This document shows, in pieces, positions 38,469 through 47,332 of a stretch of DNA of 64,000 bases. The stretch lies in NCBI GenBank assembly GCA_017551165.1, contig JAFZMO010000049.1, positions 8,675 to 72,674 on the forward strand, given 5' to 3'. The notes beneath the pieces were generated by a model. That model saw nothing but the letters and a program-made list of their open reading frames with translations. It did not search any database and was not told the DNA's origin. Made by a program: the position numbers and the translations under genes. Each line of letters starts with the position of its first letter. Position 1 is the first letter of the stretch. The stretch comes from Lachnospiraceae bacterium. Lineage in GTDB: Bacteria; Bacillota; Clostridia; Lachnospirales; Lachnospiraceae.

Positions 38469-40172
38469 TCAAACCGGCTTGTAGCTGCTCTTCATCGAGC
38501 AGACGCGGTTGAATACAAGCTTGTCCGGCGCGCTGTCCTTGCAGTCTACGCAGAAGTATCCGTTGCGCAGGAACTGGAACGTGTCAAACGCCTCTGCGCC
38601 CGCCACCGACGGCTCCACAAAGCCCTCGCGGATCACGAGCGAGTTCGGGTTGACGTTGACCTTGCCGGTCTCCTCGTCATACACGCCCTTCTCCTCATCC
38701 ACAAGGTTCTCATACAGGCGGATCGTCGCGGGAACCGCTGTCTTCGCTGCCACCCAGTGGATCGTTCCCTTGACCTTGCGGTCGGCGCACTCGCCGCCCT
38801 TCGTTGCGGGATCGTAGGTGCAGTGAACGCACGTCACATTGCCGTCCGCATCGGTGTCGTAGCCGGTACAGCGAACAAAATATGCGCCCATCAATCGAAC
38901 CTCGTTGCCGGGGAAGAGCCGGAAATACTTCTTCGGCGGCTCGACCATAAAGTCCTCTCTCTCGATGTAGAGCTCGCGGCCGAACGGGACCGTACGGCTG
39001 CCGAGGGCTTCATTTTCCGGATTGTTCGAGACCGTGACGTCCTCGGTCACATCCTCGGGATAGTTGTCGATCACCAGCTTCACCGGATCGACAACAGCCA
39101 TCACGCGGGACTTCTTGAGCTTCAGGTCCTCGCGGATGCAGTACTCGAGCATCGCGTAGTCGACCGAGGAATTGCTCTTCGAAACACCGCACAGCTCCAT
39201 GAAGAGCTTGAGGGACTCCGGCGTGAAACCTCGTCTGCGCAGCGCCGCGATTGTCACGAGACGGGGATCATCCCACCCGTCCACCGTGCCGTCCTCGACG
39301 AGCTTCTTGATATATCTCTTGCCCGTGACCACGTTGGTCAGGTACATTTTGGCAAATTCGATCTGCTTCGGCGTCTCATCGACGCTGTTCTTGTAACCGC
39401 ACTCGATCATCACCCAGTCGTACAGCGGGCGATGGTCCTCGAACTCGAGCGTGCAGATGGAGTGCGTGATGCCCTCGACGGCGTCCTCGATCGGATGCGC
39501 GAAGTCATACATCGGATAGATGCACCACGCATCGCCGGTGTTGTGGTGCGTCATGCGGGCCACGCGGTAGATGACCGGGTCGCGCATGTTGATGTTGGGC
39601 GAAGCCATGTCGATCTTCGCGCGCAGCACCTTTGAGCCGTCCGGAAATTCTCCGTTCTTCATGCCCTCGAACAGGCGAAGGTTCTCCTCGATGCTGCGGT
39701 CTCTGTACGGGCTGTTCTTGCCGGGCTCCGTGAGCGTTCCGCGGTACTCGCGGATCTCGTCGGCCGTCAGGTCGCACACGAACGCCTTGCCCTTCTTGAT
39801 CAGGCGGACAGCCGCCTCGTACATCTCACCGAAATAGTTCGAAGCAAAAAACAAACGGTCTTCAAATTCCGCACCGAGCCACCGAACATCCTTCGCGATC
39901 GATTCCACAAACTCCGTCTTCTCCTTCGTGGGGTTCGTGTCGTCGAAGCGCAGGTTGAACCGACCGCCGTACTTCTTCGCAAGACCGTAGTTAAGCAGTA
40001 TTGACTTTGCATGGCCGATGTGGAGGTATCCGTTCGGCTCGGGCGGAAAGCGCGTGATCACCGTATCGCAGTTTCCCTCCGCAAGATCCTTCTCAATGAT
40101 CATCTCAATGAAATTCTTCGATGCCGTCTCGTTGGTCATCGAAGCCTCCACGGACTCGTTCACAAAAGCCAT
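38469..40172 (-). CDS. glnS: Glutamine-tRNA ligase
   Basis: [65 protein letters not shown] closely parallels GlnRS. Track start 40220 was trimmed to ATG 40172, which follows a GGGAGGAAG RBS. Confidence 0.93.
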   Translation of the reverse strand: MAFVNESVEASMTNETASKNFIEMIIEKDLAEGNCDTVITRFPPEPNGYLHIGHAKSILLNYGLAKKYGGRFNLRFDDTNPTKEKTEFVESIAKDVRWLGAEFEDRLFFASNYFGEMYEAAVRLIKKGKAFVCDLTADEIREYRGTLTEPGKNSPYRDRSIEENLRLFEGMKNGEFPDGSKVLRAKIDMASPNINMRDPVIYRVARMTHHNTGDAWCIYPMYDFAHPIEDAVEGITHSICTLEFEDHRPLYDWVMIECGYKNSVDETPKQIEFAKMYLTNVVTGKRYIKKLVEDGTVDGWDDPRLVTIAALRRRGFTPESLKLFMELCGVSKSNSSVDYAMLEYCIREDLKLKKSRVMAVVDPVKLVIDNYPEDVTEDVTVSNNPENEALGSRTVPFGRELYIEREDFMVEPPKKYFRLFPGNEVRLMGAYFVRCTGYDTDADGNVTCVHCTYDPATKGGECADRKVKGTIHWVAAKTAVPATIRLYENLVDEEKGVYDEETGKVNVNPNSLVIREGFVEPSVAGAEAFDTFQFLRNGYFCVDCKDSAPDKLVFNRVCSMKSSYKPV

Positions 40173-40260
40173 GACTTCCTCCCGAAAAAACATTTTCAAC
40201 ATTCTACCACAAAACAACAATATTGAAAAGATACAAAATGCGTAAATTTCGTCCCGTTTT

Positions 40261-42144
40261 TTACCTGTATTTGCGGTAAATGTGATAATACAGATCCGCG
40301 CGTCCCGTCTGCGATGTCATCTCCTCGAGCTTTCGGTGGATCTCCGCGTCCTGCTCGATGAAATTGATGATCTTCGGGTTGTAATGCGTGCCCGCCGCCT
40401 TCTTGAACTCCGCGAGCACCGTCGCAAAATTCTTGCCCTTCGCATAGTTGCGTCCGAACACGTCGGTCGCCGCATCCATGCAGTCGCACACCGTCAGAAG
40501 GTCGATCAGGATGCGGTATCGGCTCGCGCGGTTGTCGAAAAACTTCGGGTAGCCGCTGTTGCCGTCGTAGCTGCGGTGATGTCCGAGCGCGATCTCCGCA
40601 TAGTTCTGCAGGATCGGGTTGCGCATCAGGATCTCGTAGCTCCACTTCGGATGGTACTTGATATAGGAATACTCCATGTCGGAGAGTCTTCGGATCTGCG
40701 TGTTGATGATGTTCGCGATCAGGATCTTGCCGATGTCATGGCAGCGCGCCGCGTTGTACATGAGCGTCATCAGCTCGCCCTTACGCGCGGCAACCTCGCG
40801 GAGGTCCTCCGTGTCGAGAACGGTGGTGAACAGCTCGGGATGCACATCGATCAGACGGTCGAGGATCGTGTTCGCGAGCTCGCCGGTCATCACGGTGTGG
40901 ATCAGGGTCGCCATTTGCCGACTGATGACCATGCTGTCGATGAACTCGATCGCTACCTCAAGGATATCGATGTAGCCGATAAGGTCGTACAGCAGGTGGT
41001 ACAGAGCCTGGTCGAGGTATTCCTTGCATGCGCACTCGCGCGGGATCGTCTCGATGTACGTCTTGACCTCGTACAACAGCTCCGCCTTCATGCGCTTCTT
41101 CTTGTCGTCGTCACACGAAAAATGATCGATCATCTCGAACATCGGCTTGGTCGTCGTCGTGATGACTGCAAACCGGCTGTCATCGGGCTGCTCGTACCAG
41201 TTCGGGTCGTTGAAATCGTACTCCTTCGTGATCGTACGGCTGTAGGAACGAAGCAGCGTGAACGTCTGCTCCGGCTTCAGCAGGCCCGAGTAGAACGCGT
41301 ACACGATATATCCGACGTACACCTTCATGTCGCGCTGCTCGACCGGAAGCTTCGTCTGATCGATGAAGCCGATCGGGAACGCCGGTCCGATGATCTCCTT
41401 GAGCTGAGCGTCCACGGACTCCCAATGAAGGGCCGCCATGAACATCACGTCCGTGCCGACGTCGTTGAGCGGACGCTCGAGCGTCTCCCACACGTCATCC
41501 GGAAAATACTTGCGGTACTTTCGGATCTTCGAAAGATTGTTGAAGCAGTTGATCATGCGGTTGACGTTGGGCTCGAAACGCGAGCGCTCCATCTCGTACT
41601 GTCCGTGCAGCGTCTCGAACACGCGGCGCACGTCCGTGTAGAACGCCTGGTCGTCGTCCTTGTGAAGCTTCCGCAGGTAATCGATCCTGTCGATGTACTC
41701 GCTGACCAGCTCCGCCTGCTCCATCGCGTACTTGCGCAGCTTGCCTTCCACGTTCAAGAAAGCATTGTTGGAAAATGCGCACCGGCACGCGCGCTCCATG
41801 TATTCGTCTCCGCGCGACTGATAGTACTCCCAGAGCAGCTTGAAGATCTGGGACTCCATCACGTCGTCGTACATCGCGCTCTCATAGTATTCGCTTGCGC
41901 CCTCGAACAGCTCCGCCGCCTTCTCGTCGTCGAGCGGTTCCGCACCGTACAGGTACGGGTTGATCAGGCTGTTGAGTTCCTTCTCCGTCATGCCGTAGTA
42001 CTCGCGCACCAGCTCGGACTTGCGGAGAAGCGCCGCGTTCCAGGAAGACTGCTCATTGGTATGCAGCAATTCCTTCTCAATGCGGTCCACGTCCTCAAGA
42101 CGCTTGCGATATTCGCGGTACAATTCGGGAATCGTACTTGCCAT
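40261..42144 (-). CDS. HD-GYP domain protein (putative cyclic-di-GMP phosphodiesterase) with a large unknown N-terminal region
   Basis: The C-terminal ~200 aa has CHDIGKI (HD) and [13 protein letters not shown] (HD-GYP signature). The start is set to the second ATG (42144) because the AAAGGAGG RBS abuts the first ATG (42150). I do not recognise the first ~400 aa. Confidence 0.8.
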   Translation of the reverse strand: MASTIPELYREYRKRLEDVDRIEKELLHTNEQSSWNAALLRKSELVREYYGMTEKELNSLINPYLYGAEPLDDEKAAELFEGASEYYESAMYDDVMESQIFKLLWEYYQSRGDEYMERACRCAFSNNAFLNVEGKLRKYAMEQAELVSEYIDRIDYLRKLHKDDDQAFYTDVRRVFETLHGQYEMERSRFEPNVNRMINCFNNLSKIRKYRKYFPDDVWETLERPLNDVGTDVMFMAALHWESVDAQLKEIIGPAFPIGFIDQTKLPVEQRDMKVYVGYIVYAFYSGLLKPEQTFTLLRSYSRTITKEYDFNDPNWYEQPDDSRFAVITTTTKPMFEMIDHFSCDDDKKKRMKAELLYEVKTYIETIPRECACKEYLDQALYHLLYDLIGYIDILEVAIEFIDSMVISRQMATLIHTVMTGELANTILDRLIDVHPELFTTVLDTEDLREVAARKGELMTLMYNAARCHDIGKILIANIINTQIRRLSDMEYSYIKYHPKWSYEILMRNPILQNYAEIALGHHRSYDGNSGYPKFFDNRASRYRILIDLLTVCDCMDAATDVFGRNYAKGKNFATVLAEFKKAAGTHYNPKIINFIEQDAEIHRKLEEMTSQTGRADLYYHIYRKYR

Positions 42145-42166
42145 GAGCATCCTCCTTTCTTCCTTT

Positions 42167-42193
42167 GTGACAAGGGGACGGTTCTTTTGTCAC
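42167..42193. repeat. 27-nt imperfect-palindrome element GTGACAAGGGGACGGTTCTTTTGTCAC (copy 2)
   Basis: 25 of 27 positions are identical to 31421-31447 on the same DNA strand. Here the flanking genes run on the opposite strand. It lies between the LtaS-like stop (42215) and the HD-GYP RBS. Confidence 0.6.
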
Positions 42194-42214
42194 TGTCGCA
42201 TTCCCTTGTCTTTC

Positions 42215-43753
42215 TTACTCTTCTGTGGTGCCGTACATCAGACTGTCATAGAAATCCGATCTCTCCTCGAGGAGATCGTTGAGCTCCTCCCAGCCGTATT
42301 TTTCGAGGATCGTCTGTTCGCCGGAGTAGAGGTTGACGCCGAGACCGAGGCGGTTGCCTCGGATCTCGAACCCGAGGGCCGCCAACGTCGTCGGATACAT
42401 ATCCATCGGCGTGAACTCGCGGTACTTCGGGTCCTTCTCCTCCGCTACACCGTTCAATACGGCGCAGTAGCATTTGCGGACGTATCCGTCCTTGTTATAC
42501 GGCAGCTTGCTCGTGTACTTCGTGTCCATCGTCGGATGGTCGCCGACGATCACGATCGTGGTGTTATTGCAAAACGGCTGCTCGATAAACCAATCCAGGA
42601 AGGACTGCAGCTGTCTCGACGCGCATGCGATGACGTTGCTGTACTGGTCCGAGTACGTGTCCGGGCACAGCCGGCAGCGATATCCGTTCGTAAAATGCGT
42701 GTCCATCGTCATCATCGTGAACGCGAACGGCTTTCCGCACTGGGACAGCGTGGTAAGCTCCTGTTTGGCGTATTCATAAACCTTCTCGTCCTCGAAGCCC
42801 CACCATACATAGTAGTCCGAGGGAAGTCCGTGCTTGTGATAATAGTGCAGGTCGCGGATCTCATAGTTGCCGTGTGTCGTCATGTAGATGTCCGCGCCCG
42901 AAAAATTCTTCTCCGAGCCGATCAGGTACATCAGTTCATACCCGTTATCCCGGAGCACCTCACCGAGAGTGTACGTGCCGGGGAGAAACGTCTTATAGGC
43001 CTTCTTGCCCATCGCGTTCTCGCCGATCGGGATCGTGAGCGGGACGCCCGCGGTCTGTGCGACGAGTGACCCCATCGTCCAAGTTGTACCGACGCAGGAG
43101 TTCGCGCCGTTCAATCTTCCGTTTCCGCCGTTGAAGCAGGTGTTTCCGACAGCGATCGACGACATCTCCGGGATCATGTTGTCCCTGGATGCTCCGCCGA
43201 GTCCGTACTCCGAATAGGAGATCTCCATCGACTCCATGTAGATGTAGATGAGGTTTCTCTTCTGCTCCGGCGCCGTGATGACCGCAGTCTTCGGATCGAC
43301 ATACTCATCCTTGTAGATCGGTGAGTTGCCGAACTGATTGATCACATATTTGACGACGTGCAATCGATATCCGACGATGCATATGGCGATTATCATGAAG
43401 AACACTGCGACCATGCGCCGGTGCTCCGTGATCCAGCTCGATACTTTCGCTTTCTTGCCGGCCGCCTTGCGCTTGTTCCGGATCTTCGCGATCAACACGA
43501 GGATCCCGATCTCGACTGCCGTCGCCACCGGTCCGATGGTGAACAGCAAAATGAAAATTTCATAGAAGTTGGTGGGATCCGCTCCGCTGATCGGCACCTT
43601 CAACTGAAACAGGATCGCTGTCATGTCGATGGTTCCGAATCGGATGCTCACCCATACCGCTGCGATGATCAAGAAATTGCCCAACAGCAGGAATACTGCC
43701 GTTGCGATGTTACGCCCGGTCCATACGGGCTTTCGCTCCTCCATACTACGCAA
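42215..43753 (-). CDS. LTA synthase family protein (sulfatase-fold, LtaS-like)
   Basis: 512 aa with an N-terminal multi-TM region and an extracellular sulfatase-like domain (IYMESME..GTTWTMGSL..IVGDHPTMD). The start is ambiguous: TTG at 43753 or ATG at 43744. Confidence 0.85.
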   Translation of the reverse strand: MRSMEERKPVWTGRNIATAVFLLLGNFLIIAAVWVSIRFGTIDMTAILFQLKVPISGADPTNFYEIFILLFTIGPVATAVEIGILVLIAKIRNKRKAAGKKAKVSSWITEHRRMVAVFFMIIAICIVGYRLHVVKYVINQFGNSPIYKDEYVDPKTAVITAPEQKRNLIYIYMESMEISYSEYGLGGASRDNMIPEMSSIAVGNTCFNGGNGRLNGANSCVGTTWTMGSLVAQTAGVPLTIPIGENAMGKKAYKTFLPGTYTLGEVLRDNGYELMYLIGSEKNFSGADIYMTTHGNYEIRDLHYYHKHGLPSDYYVWWGFEDEKVYEYAKQELTTLSQCGKPFAFTMMTMDTHFTNGYRCRLCPDTYSDQYSNVIACASRQLQSFLDWFIEQPFCNNTTIVIVGDHPTMDTKYTSKLPYNKDGYVRKCYCAVLNGVAEEKDPKYREFTPMDMYPTTLAALGFEIRGNRLGLGVNLYSGEQTILEKYGWEELNDLLEERSDFYDSLMYGTTEE

Positions 43754-43794
43754 ACGCCCCCACAGGCGTTTCTTCCTCCGTTAGAATCATATTA

Positions 43795-43828
43795 GGAAAG
43801 ACCAGCACGGTTAAGCACTGGTCTTTCT
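43795..43828 (-). terminator. Hairpin downstream of the zinc-ribbon repeat protein gene (weak terminator)
   Basis: GAAAGACCAG/CTGGTCTTTC stem. The U-tract on the minus strand is poor (TAATATGATT). Confidence 0.45.
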
Positions 43829-43858
43829 GTTGTCAGTTTTCACCGTCATTCCGGTGTC

Positions 43859-45451
43859 TTATTCGATGTCGAGATCCTTCGCTCCGCCCTTGGCAAGCAT
43901 GATTACCGACCAGTTATCGCCGTCCTTCAGCAAAATGTAAACATCCTTGAGCGTCTTCGAATCCTTGTCGCCCTTGTATTCCGTGATCGCCTCTACGAGG
44001 TACGCCTTGGAGATATCAAACTCCGCACCGCACTTCTTCTCGAGTGCCTTGGCAAGCGACTTGGTGTCCTTGATCTCGTACTTCAGGTATGCATCCGTCG
44101 AAGCCGTGATGTTGCTTCCGCAGGAAGCTACGCTCTCCGCGCAGAATGCGATGAAGTCATTCTCATCCGAGCAACCGAACGACTCGCAAACATAACCGAG
44201 TGCATTCGTGTTCATACCCTTGCGAAGCTTACGGGAGCTTCCGGTCAGGATACCGGTGTTCACGTTGTCAACAAGCTCGAGGAAGGTCGTCTCCTGCGAG
44301 GAGGACAGCTGCGTGAAGTCCGCAAAATTCCAATCCACACCGAGGTAGTTCTTCGCACCGTTCTTGTCGAAGAACGTGAGGTATGCTACCCAGGATCCGC
44401 ACAGGATGATCAGGATCAGCAACGTGCAGATGATGATCACCGGCGCCTTGGACTTTTTCTTCTTCTGAGGCACAGGCTGCTGGTAAACCGGCTGTGCGAA
44501 CACAGGCTGCTGGTAAACCGGCTGCTGTACGGGCTGTTGATATACAGGCTGCTGAACCGGCTGCTGGTAAGCGGGCTGCTGTACCGGCTGCTGATATACA
44601 GGCTGCTGAACCGGAGCCTGCGGTGCTGCGGGCTGCTGTACCGGCTGCTGATATACAGGCTGCTGAACCGTAGCCTGCGGTGCTGCGGGCTGCTGTACCG
44701 GCTGTTGATATACAGGCTGCTGAACCGGAGCCTGCGGTGCCACCGGCTGCTGTACCGGCTGCTGGTATACGGGCTGCTGTACCGGAGCCTGCGGTGCTGC
44801 GGGAGCTGCAGGGATCACGGGTGCAACCGGAGTCTCAACCGCTGCCGCTACCTGCTGCGGTGCCGCCTCTACTGCTGCCGCTGCCTCGGCAACGGGTGCT
44901 GCAACATACTCTGCCGCCTGCTGCGGAGCTGCCTCAACCGCTGCTGCAACCTCTGCAACGGGTGCTGCTGCCTCAGCCACGGGCGCTGCAACATACTCTG
45001 CTGCCTGTTCCGGAACTGCCTCTACGGCTGCCGCTACCTGCTCGGGAGCTGCCTCAACCGCTGCCACAGCCTCAGCTACAGGAGCTGCCGCCTCAGCAAC
45101 GGGTGCTGCAACATACTCTGCCGCCTGCTGCGGAACGGCCTCAACCGCTGCCGCCGCCTCTGCCACGGGTGCTGCTGCATACTCTGCCGCCTGCTGCGGA
45201 ACAGCCTCAACGGCTGCTGCCACCTGCTGCGGTGCTACTTCCACGGCTGCCGCTGCCTCTGCAACGGGTGCCGTAACATATTCTGCCGCCTGCTGCGGAA
45301 CAGCCTCAACGGCTGCTGCCACCTGCTGCGGTGCTGCTTCTACCGCTGCCATTGCTTCCGCCACGTACTCCGCGACTTCCACTTTCGTTCCGCAAACACC
45401 GCAGAACACGGCACCGGGTGCTAAATTATTACCGCAATTCTTACAAAACAT
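43859..45451 (-). CDS. Zinc-ribbon membrane protein with a long A/V/E/Q/P tandem-repeat cytoplasmic region and an extracellular C-terminal domain
   Basis: 530 aa. N-terminus MFCKNCGNNLAPGAVFCGVCGTK (zinc ribbon), about 310 aa of repeats, a KKKKSK stop-transfer, a TM helix (VIIICTLLILIILCGSWVAYL) and a ~190-aa globular tail. Confidence 0.75.
   Translation of the reverse strand: MFCKNCGNNLAPGAVFCGVCGTKVEVAEYVAEAMAAVEAAPQQVAAAVEAVPQQAAEYVTAPVAEAAAAVEVAPQQVAAAVEAVPQQAAEYAAAPVAEAAAAVEAVPQQAAEYVAAPVAEAAAPVAEAVAAVEAAPEQVAAAVEAVPEQAAEYVAAPVAEAAAPVAEVAAAVEAAPQQAAEYVAAPVAEAAAAVEAAPQQVAAAVETPVAPVIPAAPAAPQAPVQQPVYQQPVQQPVAPQAPVQQPVYQQPVQQPAAPQATVQQPVYQQPVQQPAAPQAPVQQPVYQQPVQQPAYQQPVQQPVYQQPVQQPVYQQPVFAQPVYQQPVPQKKKKSKAPVIIICTLLILIILCGSWVAYLTFFDKNGAKNYLGVDWNFADFTQLSSSQETTFLELVDNVNTGILTGSSRKLRKGMNTNALGYVCESFGCSDENDFIAFCAESVASCGSNITASTDAYLKYEIKDTKSLAKALEKKCGAEFDISKAYLVEAITEYKGDKDSKTLKDVYILLKDGDNWSVIMLAKGGAKDLDIE
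44467..45385 (-). repeat. In-frame coding tandem repeats inside the zinc-ribbon protein gene
   Basis: A near-perfect 57-nt unit recurs at 44581, 44638 and 44695 and encodes QQPAAPQAPVQQPVYQQPV. A second, more degenerate family of 60-100-nt units encodes AAVEAVPQQAAEYVAAPVAEAAA from about 44815 to 45385. Confidence 0.85.
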
Positions 45452-45522
45452 GGTGTCCCTCTTTCCGCGCTCGCGCGCTTCTTTCGCGTATGACCCACTA
45501 CGGGGTATGACGATATAGAATA

Positions 45523-45551
45523 ATTATATTGCATAATCCCGGTTCTATCAA
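45523..45551 (-). promoter_or_regulatory. Sigma-A-type promoter for the zinc-ribbon repeat protein gene
   Basis: Minus strand reads TTGATA (45551-45546), 17-nt spacer, TATAAT (45528-45523). Confidence 0.6.
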
Positions 45552-45595
45552 GCATTTTTGCACTCATTTTTCGAAAAATTCTGTTGAAAAACAGG

Positions 45596-47119
45596 TTATG
45601 CGCGGAGTTCGATGATCGGGGCTCCTTTTTTGCGGATGTAATCGCCGGTGATGGTCACCGTGCCGATCGTATCGTCCTTCGGGATCTCATACATGATGTC
45701 GAGCATGAAGTCCTCGATGATGGACCGGAGGGCGCGCGCGCCGGTGTCCCTGGCGACTGCCTCCTCGGCGATCACATCGAGCGCGGAATCGTCGAATTTC
45801 AGCTGCACCTCGTCCATCGCGAGAAGCTTCTGGTACTGCTTCAAGATCGCGTTTTTGGGCTCGGTGAGGATGCGCTTCATCGCCTCCTTATCGAGGCCGC
45901 GCAGCGCGAAGATCATCGGCAGACGACCGATGAACTCGGGGATCATGCCGAACTCGCGAAGGTCCTCCGTCGTCGTTTTGGCGAGAAGGTCGGGGTCCTT
46001 GTCAAAGCTGTCCTTAAGGTTGGCGTTAAAGCCCATCGTGAACGACTTCGTCAGACGCGTCTTGACGATCTCATCGAGACCGGGGAACGCGCCACCGCAG
46101 ATGAACAGGATATTTTTCGTATTGATCGTTGTCTGCGGCACCATCGCGCTCTTTGAGGAAGCGCCGACCGGAACCTCCACCTCGGCCCCCTCCAAAAGCT
46201 TCAGCAATCCCTGCTGTACACTCTCACCGCTGACGTCGCGGCTCGTCGTGTTCTTCTTCTTGGCGATCTTGTCAATCTCGTCGATGAAGACGATGCCGTG
46301 CTCCGCGCGCTCCACATCGTCGTCCGCGTTGGCCAGCAGTTTGGACAGAACGCTCTCCACGTCGTCACCGATGTAGCCGGCCTCCGTGAGGGAGGTGGCG
46401 TCGGTGATCGCAAGCGGCACGTTGAGAAGCCTTGCGAGCGTCTGCACGAGATACGTCTTGCCGCAGCCGGTCGGTCCGATCATCAGCATGTTGGACTTCT
46501 CGATCACAACGTCGTCGCGGAACTGCTCTTCCTCCTGGCGGCGCACGCGCTTATAGTGGTTGTACACGGCTACGCTGATGACCTTCTTCGCATAGTCCTG
46601 CCCGACGACATACTCGTCGAGTCTCGCCTTGATCTCATGCGGTGCCGGAAGATCCTTGATGTCCATGACATCGGGCAGTTCCTCACTGTTCTCCTTCTTC
46701 TGCTTCGGGCGGACGCGCGCGTTCTCGCCCTGCATCATGTCGGGAAATACAAACCGGATCCCGGAGAACGGCATTCCGCCGAACATTCCCTTGCCGTCCT
46801 TCTTGTCGTCGCCGTCATCGTCGCCCGGCGTGTCCTCGACCTCGCCGGTATGCACGGTCTCATCGTTCTTCGCACCGTCTCCGCCATCCTTCTTCGTGCT
46901 CTTCGCGGCGTTCGGATCGAGCTTGCCGGTCATCTCCGTGATGCGGTCCATGAGGCCCTGCAGGCACTGGCTGCACACCGTCATTCCCGGCGGCACCGTG
47001 ATCAGGTTTCCGCAGTCGCGCTCACTCCTACGGCACAGCATGCAGAAGCGCGTAGTCTTCTTTTTGTCATCGCCATCATTTCGGTTATTGTCATTCGTAT
47101 TGTTGTCGTTCGTACTCAT
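45596..47119 (-). CDS. clpX: ClpX-like AAA+ unfoldase paralog with an extended acidic linker
   Basis: 507 aa. C4 zinc-binding N-domain (CMLCRR..CSQC), a ~110-aa D/E/K/G-rich linker, then a canonical ClpX core (YVVGQDYAKK, Walker A GPTGCGKT, pore loop GYIGDDV, Walker B VFIDEIDK). The IGF loop reads TMGFNA. No clpP gene is adjacent. Confidence 0.88.
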   Translation of the reverse strand: MSTNDNNTNDNNRNDGDDKKKTTRFCMLCRRSERDCGNLITVPPGMTVCSQCLQGLMDRITEMTGKLDPNAAKSTKKDGGDGAKNDETVHTGEVEDTPGDDDGDDKKDGKGMFGGMPFSGIRFVFPDMMQGENARVRPKQKKENSEELPDVMDIKDLPAPHEIKARLDEYVVGQDYAKKVISVAVYNHYKRVRRQEEEQFRDDVVIEKSNMLMIGPTGCGKTYLVQTLARLLNVPLAITDATSLTEAGYIGDDVESVLSKLLANADDDVERAEHGIVFIDEIDKIAKKKNTTSRDVSGESVQQGLLKLLEGAEVEVPVGASSKSAMVPQTTINTKNILFICGGAFPGLDEIVKTRLTKSFTMGFNANLKDSFDKDPDLLAKTTTEDLREFGMIPEFIGRLPMIFALRGLDKEAMKRILTEPKNAILKQYQKLLAMDEVQLKFDDSALDVIAEEAVARDTGARALRSIIEDFMLDIMYEIPKDDTIGTVTITGDYIRKKGAPIIELRA

Positions 47120-47332
47120 AAAAACTCCTCATAATTCCTTCCCGGGTCGATGCGTCACACGCGCATGTCACCCTCCGCTATTTTACTATGAAACCGCCTC
47201 AAATGCAAGTATCGCAGACTTCCCCGGGCCGTTTGCGCGACACTTCACAAATACGTCACAAGTACCGTATATGATGGTACACAGAGGTTCGGCGGAAAAT
47301 GTTGCCGCCGATGTGTAAGGGGTGAACGATCC

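Noticed and set aside
40173-40260. T-box leader upstream of glnS (and, at 52188-52285, upstream of leuA)
   Set aside because: Both gaps are under 100 nt, whereas T-box leaders need about 200 nt or more. There is no AGAGA/GNUGGNA-type specifier or T-box sequence.
40282-42282. 666-aa plus-strand ORF opposite the HD-GYP gene
   Set aside because: This is the same antisense artefact. The minus-strand frame carries clear HD-GYP motifs and an RBS.
44467-45385. Regularly spaced repeats that could superficially resemble a CRISPR array
   Set aside because: The repeats are contiguous with no unique spacers. They are in frame inside a 530-aa ORF that has an RBS, a promoter and a zinc-ribbon N-terminus. 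No cas genes are present in the window.
47120-47332. CtsR box or CIRCE element in the divergent clpX-like/htrA control region
   Set aside because: GTCACA/GTCACC repeats are present, but neither the spacing nor the sequence fits the GGTCAAA heptad repeat. No TTAGCACTC-N9-GAGTGCTAA is present.
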